IMG/VR virus record: IMGVR_UViG_3300020202_000001
Coordinates: 62,001 to 126,000 of that record
Length of the DNA stretch: 64,000 nucleotides
Direction: 5' to 3' (one strand)
Part shown: positions 63,321 to 64,000 of the stretch, one piece after another
Layout of the letters: every line of letters begins with the position of its first letter
Position numbering within the stretch: position 1 is the first letter of the stretch
Notes under the pieces: model-generated
Database searches by the model: none
Told to the model about the DNA's origin: nothing
What the model saw: only the letters and a program-made list of their open reading frames with translations
Position numbers and translations under genes: made by a program

Positions 63321-64000
63321 ACCCAGCAAGCCCCTCCCGATCCCCAAGGTCAACGCGCTGCGTCAGGCCCTGGCGACGCCGGCGTGGGGCAAGTACCGCA
63401 ACGTGACGTTCCGCGACGTGGTCAAGGTCGACCTGGCGTGGATTCACTGGCTGTACCGCCAGAAGCGGACGCTCGGCGAGATCCGCGACCCGAGCTTCCT
63501 GACGCTCGCGCTGATCTGCAAGCACTACCCGCTCGGCGTCGACGACGAGGCGGAGCGGGAGCTGGCCAAGGGCAAGCTGCTGGCCGAGGAGCCGGGCGAC
63601 GAGTCCCGCGACGAGGACGACGTCGACGAGGGCAGCCTGCCCGGCGAGAACGGCGACGACGACGAGGAGGATGACGACGACTTCGACGAGTCCGAGGACG
63701 ACGACGAAGACGACGACGACGAGGACGACGTGCCGATCACGACGGCCGCCTCGCCGGGCCGCCGCCCGCCCCCGCCGCACGACCCGGTCGCCGAAGCGAT
63801 GCAGGCGAAGATCGCCCTGGTGCAGGGCTGCTTCATGTACGGCGTCGACTCCGACCTCCGCGACGAGCTGGACGTGCTGCGGGAGTTCACCAAGCTCCGG
63901 CTCGTGTTCCTCCGGCCCGGCAACGACCCGCCCGGCGTGGTGCGGGGGACGAAGACGCGGGTGGCCGTGCTCGACATGCCCGGGTACCTGTGCTTCCTGC
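63277..64000 (+). CDS. 3'-truncated protein with a WGKY..DxxWIxWL motif and a long acidic tract
   Basis: Absent from the ORF track because it has no stop in the window; ATG 63277; WGKYRNVTFRDVVKVDLAWIHWL; D/E tract at about 63600-63730. Confidence 0.6.
   Translation, partial: MAKTKQGHKARPIRKPSKPLPIPKVNALRQALATPAWGKYRNVTFRDVVKVDLAWIHWLYRQKRTLGEIRDPSFLTLALICKHYPLGVDDEAERELAKGKLLAEEPGDESRDEDDVDEGSLPGENGDDDEEDDDDFDESEDDDEDDDDEDDVPITTAASPGRRPPPPHDPVAEAMQAKIALVQGCFMYGVDSDLRDELDVLREFTKLRLVFLRPGNDPPGVVRGTKTRVAVLDMPGYLCFL

Noticed and set aside
1-64000. tRNA, rRNA, tmRNA, diversity-generating retroelement, group I/II intron or intein
   Set aside because: No cloverleaf/T-loop signatures, reverse transcriptase, template/variable repeat pair or splicing motifs were recognised by eye. 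A tRNAscan/Infernal run would be needed to exclude them formally.

Overview
A high-GC window (about 70% by eye) that reads as part of a large, probably jumbo-type, contractile-tailed phage genome. All confident genes but one lie on the + strand. Positions ~1-32,300 are a tail/baseplate/fibre module. It has a tail-assembly-chaperone-like gene with a candidate -1 frameshift, a 1235-aa tape-measure-like protein, hub-, gp25- and baseplate-J-like genes with a sigma-70-family factor embedded among them, five tandem Cys-rich paralogues, a 1470-aa collagen-like fibre and a two-domain glycosyltransferase. Positions ~32,300-64,000 are an accessory/early-type region. It has a structured non-coding segment, a micro-protein made of a DNA polymerase A motif fragment plus an 80-residue acidic tail, a DUF1257/DUF2997/AAA+/DUF3150-like module, many small ORFs, an ATP-dependent DNA ligase, a pseudokinase-vWA-adenylosuccinate-synthetase-like triad, a GHKL ATPase with a HExxH motif, a PP-loop/PAPS-reductase-like enzyme, one antisense Fn3/beta-helix gene and an ECF sigma factor. 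The strongest signal not explained by genes is an AT-rich 20-24-bp palindrome (core AAAACCGGTTTT) that occurs nine times at 5-10 kb spacing, seven times at gene junctions. I found no capsid, terminase, sheath, integrase, tRNA, rRNA or CRISPR array. All family calls come from motif recognition by eye and have not been checked by database search.
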